From positions 37,010 to 101,009 of the forward strand of contig CAMARR010000007.1 of NCBI GenBank assembly GCA_945860915.1: a DNA stretch of 64,000 nucleotides. Reading direction: 5' to 3'. Below the pieces are notes generated by a model. That model had not been told where the DNA came from. It did not search any database and saw only the letters and a program-made list of their open reading frames with translations. Both the position numbers and the translations under genes were made by a program. The DNA comes from Candidatus Kuenenia stuttgartensis (GTDB lineage: Bacteria; Planctomycetota; GCA-002687715; CAIWVZ01). Position 1 is the stretch's first letter. The number at the start of each line of letters is the position of its first letter. Positions 19,829 to 30,611 of the stretch are shown in pieces.

Positions 19829-22567
19829 ATGGCAACACCCAAAGTCAGGATCTCTGCGATCGCAAAAGAGCACGGCCTCACCTCCAAGGAGGTGTTGGAA
19901 CTCGCGCAGAGCCTGGGCTTCGAAGCGAAGAGCGCCTCCTCCGGTATTGAGGACTATCAGGCGGTCGAAGTCAAGGCGTATATCCAAGAACGCCTAAAGT
20001 CTCAGACGCCTGCAGCTGCCGCGCCGGTAGCGGTCGAACCGCCATCGGCTCCGCCCATGTCGGCAACCCGCGCCCCAGGCAAGGAATCCCGTACGCCGCC
20101 GCCTTTGATTGAAGTCGAAGTGCCCGCGGAGGTCGATGTCATCGAGGATGTCGCGCCGGAACCCGAGTACGTACCGGAACCTGCAACGGTCGAGCTTGAG
20201 CCCATCGCGGTGCAGCCCGCCACGGAACTCCATCCGATCCCGGCTGCGCCGGCGCCGGTGGCTCCTGCTGCCGAACAGGCCCCAGTTTCTCCACCACCGC
20301 CTCCGATCACCACGGCTCCCCCTGCGCGTCCCGCCGGTCGCACGGTGGTGGCCCGTCCTCTTGGGACTCCATCTACCCCTGCCGCCCGCGCACAGCCACC
20401 GGTTGCAACGCCGCCCCCGGAAGTTCGCGTCACGCGAACCGCGACTGCGAGCCCGATTCGCCCAGGCGACGTTCGTGTGGTGTCGCGAGATCCGATCGCG
20501 CCCGCCCCACGCCGAACAGGCGAGATCCTCGGACGCAAAGAAATCACAGTCACCCGTCCACCCGCCGGTACACCGCCGGGTCGTAGTGCTGCCGGAACTG
20601 GCGGCTCCGGTCTGATCCCAACCCGTATGGAAGGCGGTCGCCGGACGTTCATCATGACCGGACGAGGCCGCACGGGCCCCGGTTTCCCAGGTGGCGGCGG
20701 CTTTGCAGGTCGTGGCGCGCCGAATCAGGGCCCTCCAGGGGCTTCTCGCGGCCACGGATCTCGTGGCCCTGGTGGATCTCGCGAGTCAACTCCAGTCACT
20801 CCCAAGAAGCTCGAGATCGAGCTTCCGATCACCGTCAAGTCTTTCGCCGAGGCGCTCGGAGTCAAGGCCAACGTCCTCATTCAAAAGCTCTTCGTGGAGC
20901 ACAAGCGTGCGGCGAAGATCAACGACATCCTCGATCAAGACACCGTTGAACTTCTCGGTCTCGAGTTCCACTGCGAAATCACCTTCCGTGAGCCGCCGGA
21001 CGTCGAAGCCGAGGCATTTGCGGAGATGGAGAAGGGGTTCGTCGACAATCCGGCTGACCTCACGACGCGCTCTCCGATCGTCACCGTGCTTGGGCATGTT
21101 GACCACGGCAAGACCTCCTTGCTCGACGCGATCCGCACGACCGTCGTTGCCTCGAAGGAACACGGCGGAATCACCCAGCATATCGGCGCAAGCCTGGTCA
21201 AGGTCGGCAATCGCTCGGTTGTTTTCCTTGATACGCCAGGTCACAAGGCCTTCACCGAAATGCGCGCCCGTGGCGCTCAGGTGACGGACGTTGTGGTGTT
21301 GGTGGTCGCGGCCGACGACGGTGTCATGCCTCAGACCAAAGAAGCCATCGCGCACGCTCGTGCAGCGAAGGTGCCGATCGTCGTCGCAATGAACAAATGC
21401 GACCTCCACCAAGCCAACACTCAAAAGGTCAAACAGGAACTCACCAACGAGGGACTGCAGCCTGAAGAATGGGGTGGCGACACAGGCGTCTATGAAGTTT
21501 CAGCCCTCACCAAGCAGGGCATTCCCGAACTTCTTGAGCGTCTTGCCCTCGAAAGCGATGTGCTCGAACTCAAGGCCAACCCGAAGCGCTCTGCCTTCGG
21601 AACTTGTCTCGAGGCAGAACAAAGCCGCGGCGAAGGCAATGCGGCGCGCATCCTCATTCAGAATGGAACCCTCAGGAAGGGCGACATCTTCGTTTGCGGC
21701 GTGGCCTACGGACGCGTCCGCGCGATCAAGGGTGACAGCGGCAAGTTCATTCCTGAGTCAGGGCCGGCAACACCAGTTGAAATCACAGGACTGAACGAGC
21801 TCCCCCGCGCTGGCGACCGCTTCTTCGTTCTCCAGTCTCTCGAAAAAGCCAAGGAAATCGCGGACGCGCGCACACGGCAACTTCGCGAACAGGAATTGGC
21901 AAAGCAGAGCCATGTGTCGCTCGAGAATCTCTTCGAGAAGCTCAAGGGCGACACGCTCAAGATCATCCTCAAAACCGACGTCACAGGTTCGCTCGAAGTT
22001 CTCAAGAAAGAGATCATCGGTCTCGCGCATCCAGAAATTCGCCCCGAAATCATTCACGCGGCGGTCGGTGGCATCACCGAAACCGACGTGACGCTCGCTG
22101 ACGCATCGGATGCGGTCATACTTGGCTTCCACGTTTCTGCCGACCTCGCGTCGCGCCGACTCGCGGAAGAGAAGAAGGTCGAAATTCGGCTCTATCAAGT
22201 CATCTACAAGCTCACCGATGAGCTTCGCGATGCGATGGAAGGCCGGCTTGCGCCGGAGTCTCGCGAAAAGATCACAGGTCGCGTCGAAGTCCGTCAGACT
22301 TGGAAAGTTACACGGCTTGGCGTCATCGCAGGTTGCATGGTCATTCAAGGCGTCATTAAGCGCGCGAGCAAGGTTCGTGTCTCTCGTGGCGGCATCGTCA
22401 TCCACGACGGCACGCTCGCTTCGCTCAAGCGATTCAAGGATGACGCCAAGGAAGTCGTTGAAGGCTTCGATTGCGGCGTCATGATCGAGCGATTCGACAA
22501 CCTCGAACCGAACGACACCATTGAGGCCTACGAAATCGAGTCCATCAAGCGAACGTTCGAGAGCTGA
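19829..22567 (+). CDS. infB: Translation initiation factor IF-2
   Basis: IF2 N-domain, long Pro/Ala-rich linker, GHVDHGKT, DTPGH, NKCD, SLKRFKDD. Confidence 0.98.
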   Translation: MATPKVRISAIAKEHGLTSKEVLELAQSLGFEAKSASSGIEDYQAVEVKAYIQERLKSQTPAAAAPVAVEPPSAPPMSATRAPGKESRTPPPLIEVEVPAEVDVIEDVAPEPEYVPEPATVELEPIAVQPATELHPIPAAPAPVAPAAEQAPVSPPPPPITTAPPARPAGRTVVARPLGTPSTPAARAQPPVATPPPEVRVTRTATASPIRPGDVRVVSRDPIAPAPRRTGEILGRKEITVTRPPAGTPPGRSAAGTGGSGLIPTRMEGGRRTFIMTGRGRTGPGFPGGGGFAGRGAPNQGPPGASRGHGSRGPGGSRESTPVTPKKLEIELPITVKSFAEALGVKANVLIQKLFVEHKRAAKINDILDQDTVELLGLEFHCEITFREPPDVEAEAFAEMEKGFVDNPADLTTRSPIVTVLGHVDHGKTSLLDAIRTTVVASKEHGGITQHIGASLVKVGNRSVVFLDTPGHKAFTEMRARGAQVTDVVVLVVAADDGVMPQTKEAIAHARAAKVPIVVAMNKCDLHQANTQKVKQELTNEGLQPEEWGGDTGVYEVSALTKQGIPELLERLALESDVLELKANPKRSAFGTCLEAEQSRGEGNAARILIQNGTLRKGDIFVCGVAYGRVRAIKGDSGKFIPESGPATPVEITGLNELPRAGDRFFVLQSLEKAKEIADARTRQLREQELAKQSHVSLENLFEKLKGDTLKIILKTDVTGSLEVLKKEIIGLAHPEIRPEIIHAAVGGITETDVTLADASDAVILGFHVSADLASRRLAEEKKVEIRLYQVIYKLTDELRDAMEGRLAPESREKITGRVEVRQTWKVTRLGVIAGCMVIQGVIKRASKVRVSRGGIVIHDGTLASLKRFKDDAKEVVEGFDCGVMIERFDNLEPNDTIEAYEIESIKRTFES

Positions 22568-22569
22568 TT

Positions 22570-22968
22570 GTGGCCCACGGCGCCGAGAGGATTCAGGAGT
22601 CGATCCGCAAGAAGGTAGCTACCATGCTCCTCCGGGATCTTGCGGATCCCCGTTTGGGCTTCGTCACAATTACTAAGGTGCGCATTTCGGGCGACTTCTC
22701 TCACTGTGAGATTCACTGGTCGTGTCTTGAGGAGGGCGGCGCTCGCAGCCGCACACAACACGCTCTCGAAGCAGCTCGTGGATACGTCCAGCGAGAAGTC
22801 GCTGCGTTCGTACACACCCGCAAAGCGCCACACGTCGAATGGGTTTTCGACGAGTCGATCTCGGGGTCCACACGGGTTGACGCACTCATCAAACAAGCTC
22901 GTGCCGATGACGAAGCGCGCCGCGTGCCCCCCCCAACCGACACCCCGCCTACAACAGAGGGCGGTTGA
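22570..22968 (+). CDS. rbfA: Ribosome-binding factor A
   Basis: DPRLGFVTITKVRISGD...P.VEWVFDES; canonical position after infB. Confidence 0.93.
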   Translation: MAHGAERIQESIRKKVATMLLRDLADPRLGFVTITKVRISGDFSHCEIHWSCLEEGGARSRTQHALEAARGYVQREVAAFVHTRKAPHVEWVFDESISGSTRVDALIKQARADDEARRVPPPTDTPPTTEGG

Positions 22969-23734
22969 TTTCGGCGGAGAACGGCCCATACAGCGATGGA
23001 TTTGCAGCGACGATTGTCCCGCCCATCAGCCAGTCATCGCCTCCCTTGAAATCTGTAACGTACCCGCCGGCTTCCATGACAATGAGCCCGCCCGCAGCAA
23101 CGTCCCATGGGGACAGATGCAGCTCCCAGAATCCGTCGTAGCGTCCATCCGCGACGTAGCATAGATCGAGCGCAGCTGACCCTAACCGTCGCAACCCTCT
23201 GACCTGGCGCGCCAAGTTCACGAAGTGTTGCAGGTTGTCGTCGTCCTTCTGCTCCATCCGATAATGGAATCCGGTTGCGAGGAGTGCCTCTTTCAGTTCG
23301 TGAGTTGTAGACACGCGCAATCGAGTTTTTCCGAGATACGCGCCGTTGCCCGCAACCGCCGTGAAGCACTCCCCCATGATTGGGTTGAACACACAGGCTG
23401 CGCTCGGCTTGCGGTTCTCCCAGTAAGCAAGCGAGACGGCAACGTGAGGAATTCGGTGAACGAAGTTTGTAGTCCCATCAAGTGGATCGAGAATCCACAA
23501 ACGATCGGTCATGGCTTGTTCAGAGAGAGTTTCTTCAGCGAGGATCGACTCGCCTGGAAATGCAGCGCGGATTCGTTCGATGACGAGCGCCTCCGCCTCG
23601 CGATCCGCCACGGTGACAAGGTCCCTCACCCCTTTGCGACCAACCTCGGTGAGCCGCCCGTAGTGGCGAATAATGACCTCGCCGGCTTCGCGCGCAACGT
23701 CTTCGAGAAATCGGATCCTGTCAGACCCCATCAT
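22949..23734 (-). CDS. suhB: Inositol monophosphatase family protein
   Basis: DLVTVAD, ILAEE, WILDPLDGTTNF, RRLGSAALDL, WDVAAG. Confidence 0.92.
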   Translation of the reverse strand: MMGSDRIRFLEDVAREAGEVIIRHYGRLTEVGRKGVRDLVTVADREAEALVIERIRAAFPGESILAEETLSEQAMTDRLWILDPLDGTTNFVHRIPHVAVSLAYWENRKPSAACVFNPIMGECFTAVAGNGAYLGKTRLRVSTTHELKEALLATGFHYRMEQKDDDNLQHFVNLARQVRGLRRLGSAALDLCYVADGRYDGFWELHLSPWDVAAGGLIVMEAGGYVTDFKGGDDWLMGGTIVAANPSLYGPFSAEINRPLL

Positions 23735-25083
23735 CAGCCTCCACCCTCTTCGCGCATTCGACGGCGCAAGTCGATCCACCAAGCCATGCGCTTCGCCACT
23801 TCCTTTTCGTGCCCAAATGGCGACGGCTGGTACCACGTCTGACTCGAAAGTCTGTCTGGAAGGTAGGTCTGCTCCGACACGGCATTCGGCAACTCGTGAG
23901 GGTACTGGTAGCCCTCACCGTGCCCCATCGACTTTGCGAGTGCGGTCGGAGCATTACGAAGGTGTGGCGGAACCGGATCGACGGCACCCCGTTGAATATC
24001 TTCACGAATTCTCGTGAGTGCTGTGTACACCGACGCACTCTTGGGTGCGGTAGCGAGGTAGGTGGTTGCGACTGCTAATGCGAGCTCGCCTTCAGGGGTG
24101 CCAAGAAAACGGTAGGCCTCAAGCGCATCCAATGCGACGCGCAAAGCATTCGGATCCGCCAATCCGACATCCTCAGAGGCCGTGCGAACGAGTCGACGTG
24201 CAATGAAGAGCGGATCTTCGCCTCCCTCGAGCATTCTCGCCAGCCAATAGAGGGATGCCTGAGGGTCGCCACCTCGAATTGACTTCTGAAAGGCTGACGC
24301 GAGGTCGTAGTGCGAATCCCCGCGACGATCATGCGCCAACTTCTTGTCAGCGAGGAGCCGCGCCGCCTCCTCAAGCGGAAGTCTACGATCACGACCAAAC
24401 GCCGACGCAGCAACAACAAGCGACTCTAGTCGATTGAGCATCGAACGCACATCACCATGGCTCGTCGCCACCAGACTGGCGAGTGTGATGGCATCAAGTT
24501 CGATGCCTAACTTTCCGAGACCTCGATCCTGATCTTTAAGGGCGTTCATCGCAATGCGCGCCATCACGACATCAGGGACTCCGTGCAGCGGAATCACGGT
24601 ACATCGAGACATGAGGGCCGCGTTCACATGGAAAGACGGATTCTCTGTGGTTGCACCGACGAGCGTAACGAGCCCCGACTCGACGTGCGGCAGAAGCGCA
24701 TCTTGTTGGCTTTTAGAGAAGTGGTGAATTTCATCGACAAAAAGCAAGGCGCGGACACCCGTGCGAAGAAGATGCCGAGCCTCTTCGATGCGCTCTCGTA
24801 ACTCTTTCACCCCTCCGAGCACCGCGGAAAACGGGAGAAAATGCAGCGCGGTCTGGTCGGCGAGTAATCGTGCGACCGTCGTCTTGCCGCAACCAGGCGG
24901 CCCCCAAAGGATGACGGACGGAACACGGCCCGCGTGGAGAAGTGATCGGAGGAGGCTCCCTGGTGCGAGCGCCTCCTGTCCTAGAACTTCGTCGAGCGTG
25001 CCTGGACGCATTCTTTCTGCGAGCGGCGCCGACTCGCGAGGTGGAGATGACTCCGGCGGTAGATCGAACAAGCCTTGGCTCAC
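23734..25083 (-). CDS. rarA: Replication-associated recombination protein A (MgsA)
   Basis: [52 protein letters not shown]. Confidence 0.97.
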   Translation of the reverse strand: MSQGLFDLPPESSPPRESAPLAERMRPGTLDEVLGQEALAPGSLLRSLLHAGRVPSVILWGPPGCGKTTVARLLADQTALHFLPFSAVLGGVKELRERIEEARHLLRTGVRALLFVDEIHHFSKSQQDALLPHVESGLVTLVGATTENPSFHVNAALMSRCTVIPLHGVPDVVMARIAMNALKDQDRGLGKLGIELDAITLASLVATSHGDVRSMLNRLESLVVAASAFGRDRRLPLEEAARLLADKKLAHDRRGDSHYDLASAFQKSIRGGDPQASLYWLARMLEGGEDPLFIARRLVRTASEDVGLADPNALRVALDALEAYRFLGTPEGELALAVATTYLATAPKSASVYTALTRIREDIQRGAVDPVPPHLRNAPTALAKSMGHGEGYQYPHELPNAVSEQTYLPDRLSSQTWYQPSPFGHEKEVAKRMAWWIDLRRRMREEGGG

Positions 25084-26528
25084 GAGCCGCTCGCTCCCGC
25101 GATCGCCTGAACGATGTCGTCTTGAAGGCTACCGCCCTTGTTGTCTGCCTCGGGTCCATTGCAAAGGACCGCGAACGGAATCCACTTGTTATCACGGTTT
25201 AGGACATAGCCCGAAAGCGCTTTGACCCCGTTGAGCGTCCCGGTCTTCGCCGCAAGCTTGTTCTTCAGTGCGGGCAGGCGACGTTTCAAGGTGCCATCTT
25301 CGCCAGGCTCCGCCAACATGTCGCGATATGCAGAGAACTCAGGCCTAGAGGCAACGGCTGAAAGTGACTCCCACAGGGCGCGAACCGTGACTCGATTCGA
25401 TCGCGACAGTCCAGAACCGTCCATGATCGAGCACTTGTCTAGATTGACGCCGAGAGCCAAAAGACTCATTCGGACTGCGTGGCCACCGCCGACGAAGGTC
25501 CCTCCGCTTCCCAACGCAGACCCGAGGTGCTTGAAGACCATCTCGGCACGATGGTTCTGGCTCTCTTTGAGCATGGCGGGAAGGACTCGCTCAAGAGGCG
25601 TCGCAATCGTCAGCAGCTCAGTTCCGCCAGATCGCCCGCCTAACGACGGACGCCTTACGGAGCCCGACACAGTAATCCCCTCCTGTTTGAGGGCAAGCAA
25701 CATGCACCTTCCGAAATGTAGCGTGGGGTCATGGACAGCAACCTCATGGATTTGTGGTGCCGCGCCAAAGATCCCGCCCTTCACTGTGATGTCGTTTGTG
25801 CCAATCGCACGATCAAACGTCACACCGGCGTCCTGTCGCTTACTGACGACGCGCAGATTGACTTGAAGAAACTTCACCGTTCCCACGTCCGGCACTGCCC
25901 CTACCTTCGGGGGGCCACCATCCTTCGACGGTGTCAGCACAATGCGGGATAGACCCTCGTCGATCGAGAGCGCCGCCACGCCGGCGAGGTATGACGTCGT
26001 AGGGAGAGCCTTCGGCCAATCCGGCCCCGTGAAGTCCTGATCAAATGCGCTGTCGTCGACCAGCAGATCACCATCGATCTGATGAACACCCAAACCTCGC
26101 AGACGTTCTGCGATGATTCGGAATCCGGCCAACGTTTCGCCATGATCCCGCAAGCCAAACGAAGGATCCCCGTCCCCGATGACGCGCAATGAGCCCTTCA
26201 ACACGCCCTGAGCAACAGGCCCCTCCGCGATGATCCTCGTAAGAAACTCATGTTTCAGTCCAAGCCGGGTCACCGCCGCAATCGAAGTGAGGACCTTTTG
26301 GTTGCTCGCCGGTACCATTCCACCGATGTCACCGTGAAGCAGCGAAGGCACCGCCCCCGGTTCGCCGTAGGCAACTCCAACTTGCATCTTCGAAGTCGTC
26401 GCGGTATCGACAAGTTTCTTGATACGTGCTGCGAGCGCAACTCGTCCGTCCTGGGCACTGATCGACGTTGCCAGGATGAAAGCTGCGATCCACACGGCGC
26501 CGCACCGCGCGCGTGAAGCCGATGTCAT
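25080..26528 (-). CDS. dacB: D-Ala-D-Ala carboxypeptidase/endopeptidase (PBP4, peptidase S13)
   Basis: Signal peptide, PASNQK (SxxK), GDGDP, ESQN (SxN), DGSGLSR, AKTGT. Confidence 0.93.
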   Translation of the reverse strand: MTSASRARCGAVWIAAFILATSISAQDGRVALAARIKKLVDTATTSKMQVGVAYGEPGAVPSLLHGDIGGMVPASNQKVLTSIAAVTRLGLKHEFLTRIIAEGPVAQGVLKGSLRVIGDGDPSFGLRDHGETLAGFRIIAERLRGLGVHQIDGDLLVDDSAFDQDFTGPDWPKALPTTSYLAGVAALSIDEGLSRIVLTPSKDGGPPKVGAVPDVGTVKFLQVNLRVVSKRQDAGVTFDRAIGTNDITVKGGIFGAAPQIHEVAVHDPTLHFGRCMLLALKQEGITVSGSVRRPSLGGRSGGTELLTIATPLERVLPAMLKESQNHRAEMVFKHLGSALGSGGTFVGGGHAVRMSLLALGVNLDKCSIMDGSGLSRSNRVTVRALWESLSAVASRPEFSAYRDMLAEPGEDGTLKRRLPALKNKLAAKTGTLNGVKALSGYVLNRDNKWIPFAVLCNGPEADNKGGSLQDDIVQAIAGASGS

Positions 26529-26541
26529 GACGTTCCCCTTA

Positions 26542-27537
26542 TCAGTCGCCGTAGCCCGACGGATGAGCCTTGTGCCAGTGCCATGCGGTCTCAAGAATCG
26601 TCTTGAGATCGCCAAATCGTTGTTTCCAACCTAGGACATCTTGAGCCCGTCGGCACTGGCCGACAAGACGGGCAGGGTCGCCTTCGCGGCGTGCGCCAAG
26701 TTCGTAGGCGACCTTCTTCCCGGTCACGACCTCCGCCTCACGGATGACATCGAGCACGGAGTATCCCGCCCCGTTCCCGAGATTAAATGCCGTGCTCTCG
26801 CCACCTCGGTCGAGGTAATTCATCGCGAGCCGATGAGCTTCCGCAAGATCCAGAATATGGATGTAGTCTCTAATACACGTCCCATCCGGCGTCGGATAGT
26901 CATTACCATAAACCATGAGGCCCTTGCGCGTACCGTTCGCGACTTGAAGGACGATCGGAATCAAATGTGTTTCCGGGTCATGGTCTTCACCAATTTTTCC
27001 GTCAGGGTGCGCACCGGCTGCGTTAAAATAGCGAAGCGCGACATAACGTAGCCCATAGGCATGTGCAAAGTCGGCGAGCATTCGCTCCACCATCAGCTTG
27101 GTCCATCCATAGGGATTGATGGGACTTTGCGGATGCGTTTCGTCCATGTAATCCTGGACCGGATTCCCATAGGTGGCGCATGTCGACGAGAAGATAAATG
27201 TCTTCACTCCTGCCTCGCGCATCGCTGAGAGGAGTTCGAGCGTCGTGGCTACATTGTTGCGGTAATAGGCCTCGGGGTCTTTTACCGACACTCCGACATA
27301 GCAGGACGCGGCGAAGTGGAACACCGCGCGCACCTTGCGTTCGCGCATGACTTCGACGAGGCGGCTGCGGTCGGAAAGTTCGCCTTCAACAAACGGCGCG
27401 TCGAGCACCGCACCACGATGGCCTTCCGACAAGTTGTCGTAAGCAAACGCGTCGATCCCGTGTTCACGCAGATGTCGGAGGCAATGGCTTCCGATGTAAC
27501 CCGCGCCGCCTGCGACCATGATGGATCCGTCTGTCAC
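26542..27537 (-). CDS. galE: UDP-glucose 4-epimerase
   Basis: GGAGYIGSH, FSSTCATYG, YGWTK, LRYFNAAGA, DGTCIRDYIH. Confidence 0.97.
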   Translation of the reverse strand: MTDGSIMVAGGAGYIGSHCLRHLREHGIDAFAYDNLSEGHRGAVLDAPFVEGELSDRSRLVEVMRERKVRAVFHFAASCYVGVSVKDPEAYYRNNVATTLELLSAMREAGVKTFIFSSTCATYGNPVQDYMDETHPQSPINPYGWTKLMVERMLADFAHAYGLRYVALRYFNAAGAHPDGKIGEDHDPETHLIPIVLQVANGTRKGLMVYGNDYPTPDGTCIRDYIHILDLAEAHRLAMNYLDRGGESTAFNLGNGAGYSVLDVIREAEVVTGKKVAYELGARREGDPARLVGQCRRAQDVLGWKQRFGDLKTILETAWHWHKAHPSGYGD

Positions 27538-29024
27538 CTGCCATTCTCCTTGTTCTCAAACTTCCGGTAACGGTCACGGTTTGCTTCGTACCAGGTCTTC
27601 CATGCCAGTCTAGTCTTCACCATCATTTCAATCGTCAATGGTTGGGTAAGAACAGCATCTACCATCGCGGGTGTTGAGACGACCAATGCCTGATGCGCCT
27701 CGCGGAAAACGTAGGGGTCAGATTCGTCGATGGCCCGCATGAGATGTGGCACTGCCGATGGCTCTCGGGCTTCGCCCAAAGCACGGACGGCAAATGCCCT
27801 TACGTTGCGATCCTTGTCGTCGATGAACAGTGCGAGCAGCGGGACTAATTCGCCAATGGCCGGACCATACCTATCGACCAAAGTTCGAATGGCGAGAGTC
27901 CTGACCTTTCCACTTGGGTTCTTCAGACTTCGGAGAAGCGTCTTGTGCACGTCCTCATCGATTTGCGTGTAGGCCGCCAAGACTCGGATAGCCTCAAGGC
28001 ATCGCTCCTCTTCCGTAGAATTCAGAAGAATATCGCACCATTCACGAGGAGTCTTCGCCTTGGGATTCCGCTTCTGCCTAGAAGGCCGGTCGCGAAGTTC
28101 GCTCGCATGGCGCAGAAGGTCCTCGCTGTCGGATGCTGCGCCCGCCGGCGCGAGCTCGGCAGCCTTTTCGAAAGAACTCGCAGCCGACGCATTCTCGCCC
28201 ATTCTCTCCAGGACTTCACCAAGCGCGATGTGTAACGTGTAGTCTTTAGAATTTGCAGACAATAGTTGGTCGTAGATTGCCTTTGCTCGATCTAGGCGGT
28301 CGCCCTTGCGGCACGCGAATCCGAGGAGGCGGAGCGCTTCCTCGTTCCCTGGACGAAGCTCAACCGCCTTGTCGAATGCTGCAATGGCATCGGAGTACTT
28401 CGTCCGAAATGCCTCTAGTTTTCCGAGCGTGATCCAGGCCGAGGCCTCTTCCGGGCGGGCAACGACCAATTTGCGGAGCAATGGTTCCGCTTCGCCGGCC
28501 CTGCCGATGCGCATGAGGACTCCAGCGTACGGCTCGTAGGAGCGCCAGAAATCAGGGTTGAGATCCAACGCTCGGCGATAAGCCTTCGCCGCATCCTCAT
28601 GCCGTTCGCTTGTAGCAAGGCATGTCGCAAGGCCGTGGTGGGCCCATGGCAGGAAAGGATCGACGCGCAATGCCGCTTCGAATCGTGTCCGCGCTTCATC
28701 AACCCGGCCGGCGAGCCCGAGCGCGCGACCAAGAAGGTAAAGCGAGGTCCCCGACTCCTTGACTTCAACCCGATTTTCGTAAAAGGCAATGGACTTGTTG
28801 AGTTCGGCTTCGCCACGCCCGCGTGCAAGGTCTTGTGCCGCGATCCCGTCTTCAACCTCCCGGTTCTGAGCGGGCCAACGTTGTTTCGCGCGCGAGAGGT
28901 CTTCGGAACCTTGGATTGGCCCGCCTAATTCTCTGAGCGTGTCCTCGCGCAGCCGCGACGGATCACTCTGGGCTGTCAGACTCGTGGCGACGATCCAAGA
29001 GACTATGGCGACGCGAAGCTTCAT
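27534..29024 (-). CDS. Exported TPR + HEAT-repeat protein
   Basis: Signal peptide (..SLTAQ), multiple TPRs, C-terminal HEAT repeats (VRTLAIRTL, VRAFAVRALG). Confidence 0.85.
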   Translation of the reverse strand: MKLRVAIVSWIVATSLTAQSDPSRLREDTLRELGGPIQGSEDLSRAKQRWPAQNREVEDGIAAQDLARGRGEAELNKSIAFYENRVEVKESGTSLYLLGRALGLAGRVDEARTRFEAALRVDPFLPWAHHGLATCLATSERHEDAAKAYRRALDLNPDFWRSYEPYAGVLMRIGRAGEAEPLLRKLVVARPEEASAWITLGKLEAFRTKYSDAIAAFDKAVELRPGNEEALRLLGFACRKGDRLDRAKAIYDQLLSANSKDYTLHIALGEVLERMGENASAASSFEKAAELAPAGAASDSEDLLRHASELRDRPSRQKRNPKAKTPREWCDILLNSTEEERCLEAIRVLAAYTQIDEDVHKTLLRSLKNPSGKVRTLAIRTLVDRYGPAIGELVPLLALFIDDKDRNVRAFAVRALGEAREPSAVPHLMRAIDESDPYVFREAHQALVVSTPAMVDAVLTQPLTIEMMVKTRLAWKTWYEANRDRYRKFENKENGR

Positions 29025-29108
29025 GCGGGAACTCCCCGAGCCTGACGACGCGTAGAAGCAGGCAGTGCCTAAGTTTAGCAGTCACCGAACACTGCGAGAA
29101 GCGAGGCG

Positions 29109-30518
29109 CTAGCGGAGGAATCGCCGGTAGCGATCAGAGTTCTCTGTCCACCATGCGTCCCATTCCTTGGCTATGCGTGTCATGGCCGTCCCCTCTTCGG
29201 ATCCCGTGGGCAAGATTGGGGATACGAATGCCGGAGCGCAGCGGTACAGCGCCCCGTGAACCTCGCGGAACACGTAAGGGTCCTTCTCGGCCAATAGTGG
29301 AATCAGCGCCGGCACGACCTCATCGGTTCCGATCTCACCCAGCGCGCGAATTGCCATGGCACGGACGCCACGATCGGCGTCACGCGAGAGGATTCGGAAG
29401 ATGGTGAAGAAGTCCACGGAACCCGGAAAGCGGGTCGATAGTGTTCTGATTGCAAGGACTCGGACCGCTGGAACCGGATGCCGCAATCCGGCAAGCATCG
29501 CCTTGGTTGATTCCGGCACCGAAATAGGCATCGCAGCGAGACGCATGGCGGCTTCCTGAGCGATCTTCGGATCTCTCGTGGTTGCGAGGAGCTCGGCCCA
29601 TTGCGCGGGCGTTCGTCGCATGGCCGACGTGGCATCCTGCTGGGGAAGGGAGTCGAGATCACCCGCCTTGGTGAGGCATGTCTCGCGATCTTCGGGCGAA
29701 GGCGCGAGGTCGGCGGCGGCCCTGAAGCGCTCCGCGGCAGCGCCGTTACGGCCTTGCCATTCCTCCAAATAGGCCAACTGTAAGTGAGCCCGGAAATCCA
29801 ACGGCCGAAGCGCAATTTCCGCCTCAAAAGCCTTGCGAGCCTCGTCGTAACGGCCAGCCCGCCGGCAAGCGATTCCGAAAGCCCGTCGAAGGTTGGAATC
29901 GCCCGGGCGCAGGGCAAGGGCGCGACCATAGGCATCGGCGGACGAGCCGGCCTGCCCAATCAGAAGTCGAAGTTGACCGAGCGCTGCAAATGCGCCCGAA
30001 TCATCCGCTCGAACTTTCACCAAGGACGAGAGCATTCGTTCTGCATCAACAGGCCGACCGGTCTTCAGATAAAGGCCGGACAGCGGCTCAAACGATCTCC
30101 ACCAGGCCGGGTCGAGATGCAATGTCTCTTCGAACAGGGAAATGGCTGCCGCAACTTCGCCCCCGAGGGCTTTGCATGTGGCAATTCCAAAAACGGGCCA
30201 CGGAGATGCGGGCTCGAGACTCCGGGCATCATTGAACCGAACCTCGGCGTCCGCGATTGCACCCGCCAACGCCAAGATTCGCGCATGAAGAACAACATCA
30301 GAGAATGCGCCTGTGGATTGGGCCTTGCTGGCATATTCGGGAATTGCCGCGATGATATGACCCTTACCGTCGTTTCGTAGCTCGTCCTGACGCCCGATTC
30401 CCTTATCGACCGCGATCGCCGCCATCCGCGCCCGTGCCACGAGTTCGGGCGGCGGTGCCGCCCTCTGTCCCAGCAGAAGGGCACAAAACGCGAGGAGTGT
30501 CAGCAGGGTCCTTGGCAT
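29109..30518 (-). CDS. Exported TPR + HEAT-repeat protein (paralog of 27534..29024)
   Basis: Signal peptide, TPRs, HEAT repeats, shared motifs DPYVFRE and RYRxF. Confidence 0.85.
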   Translation of the reverse strand: MPRTLLTLLAFCALLLGQRAAPPPELVARARMAAIAVDKGIGRQDELRNDGKGHIIAAIPEYASKAQSTGAFSDVVLHARILALAGAIADAEVRFNDARSLEPASPWPVFGIATCKALGGEVAAAISLFEETLHLDPAWWRSFEPLSGLYLKTGRPVDAERMLSSLVKVRADDSGAFAALGQLRLLIGQAGSSADAYGRALALRPGDSNLRRAFGIACRRAGRYDEARKAFEAEIALRPLDFRAHLQLAYLEEWQGRNGAAAERFRAAADLAPSPEDRETCLTKAGDLDSLPQQDATSAMRRTPAQWAELLATTRDPKIAQEAAMRLAAMPISVPESTKAMLAGLRHPVPAVRVLAIRTLSTRFPGSVDFFTIFRILSRDADRGVRAMAIRALGEIGTDEVVPALIPLLAEKDPYVFREVHGALYRCAPAFVSPILPTGSEEGTAMTRIAKEWDAWWTENSDRYRRFLR

Positions 30519-30611
30519 CGGAGGGAGGCTAACCGACCCGTAAACCCGCCGAAAGGCGATCGTTCACATGGACGGCGCTTAAGAAGAACGGCGGGCGCGT
30601 CGATAGCCTCC

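Noticed and set aside
20000..20800. Pro/Ala/Gly-rich low-complexity stretch
   Set aside because: Normal variable linker of IF-2, not a DNA repeat element
25080..26528. Peptidoglycan enzyme (dacB) in a probable planctomycete
   Set aside because: Peptidoglycan in Planctomycetota is established and the motifs are canonical
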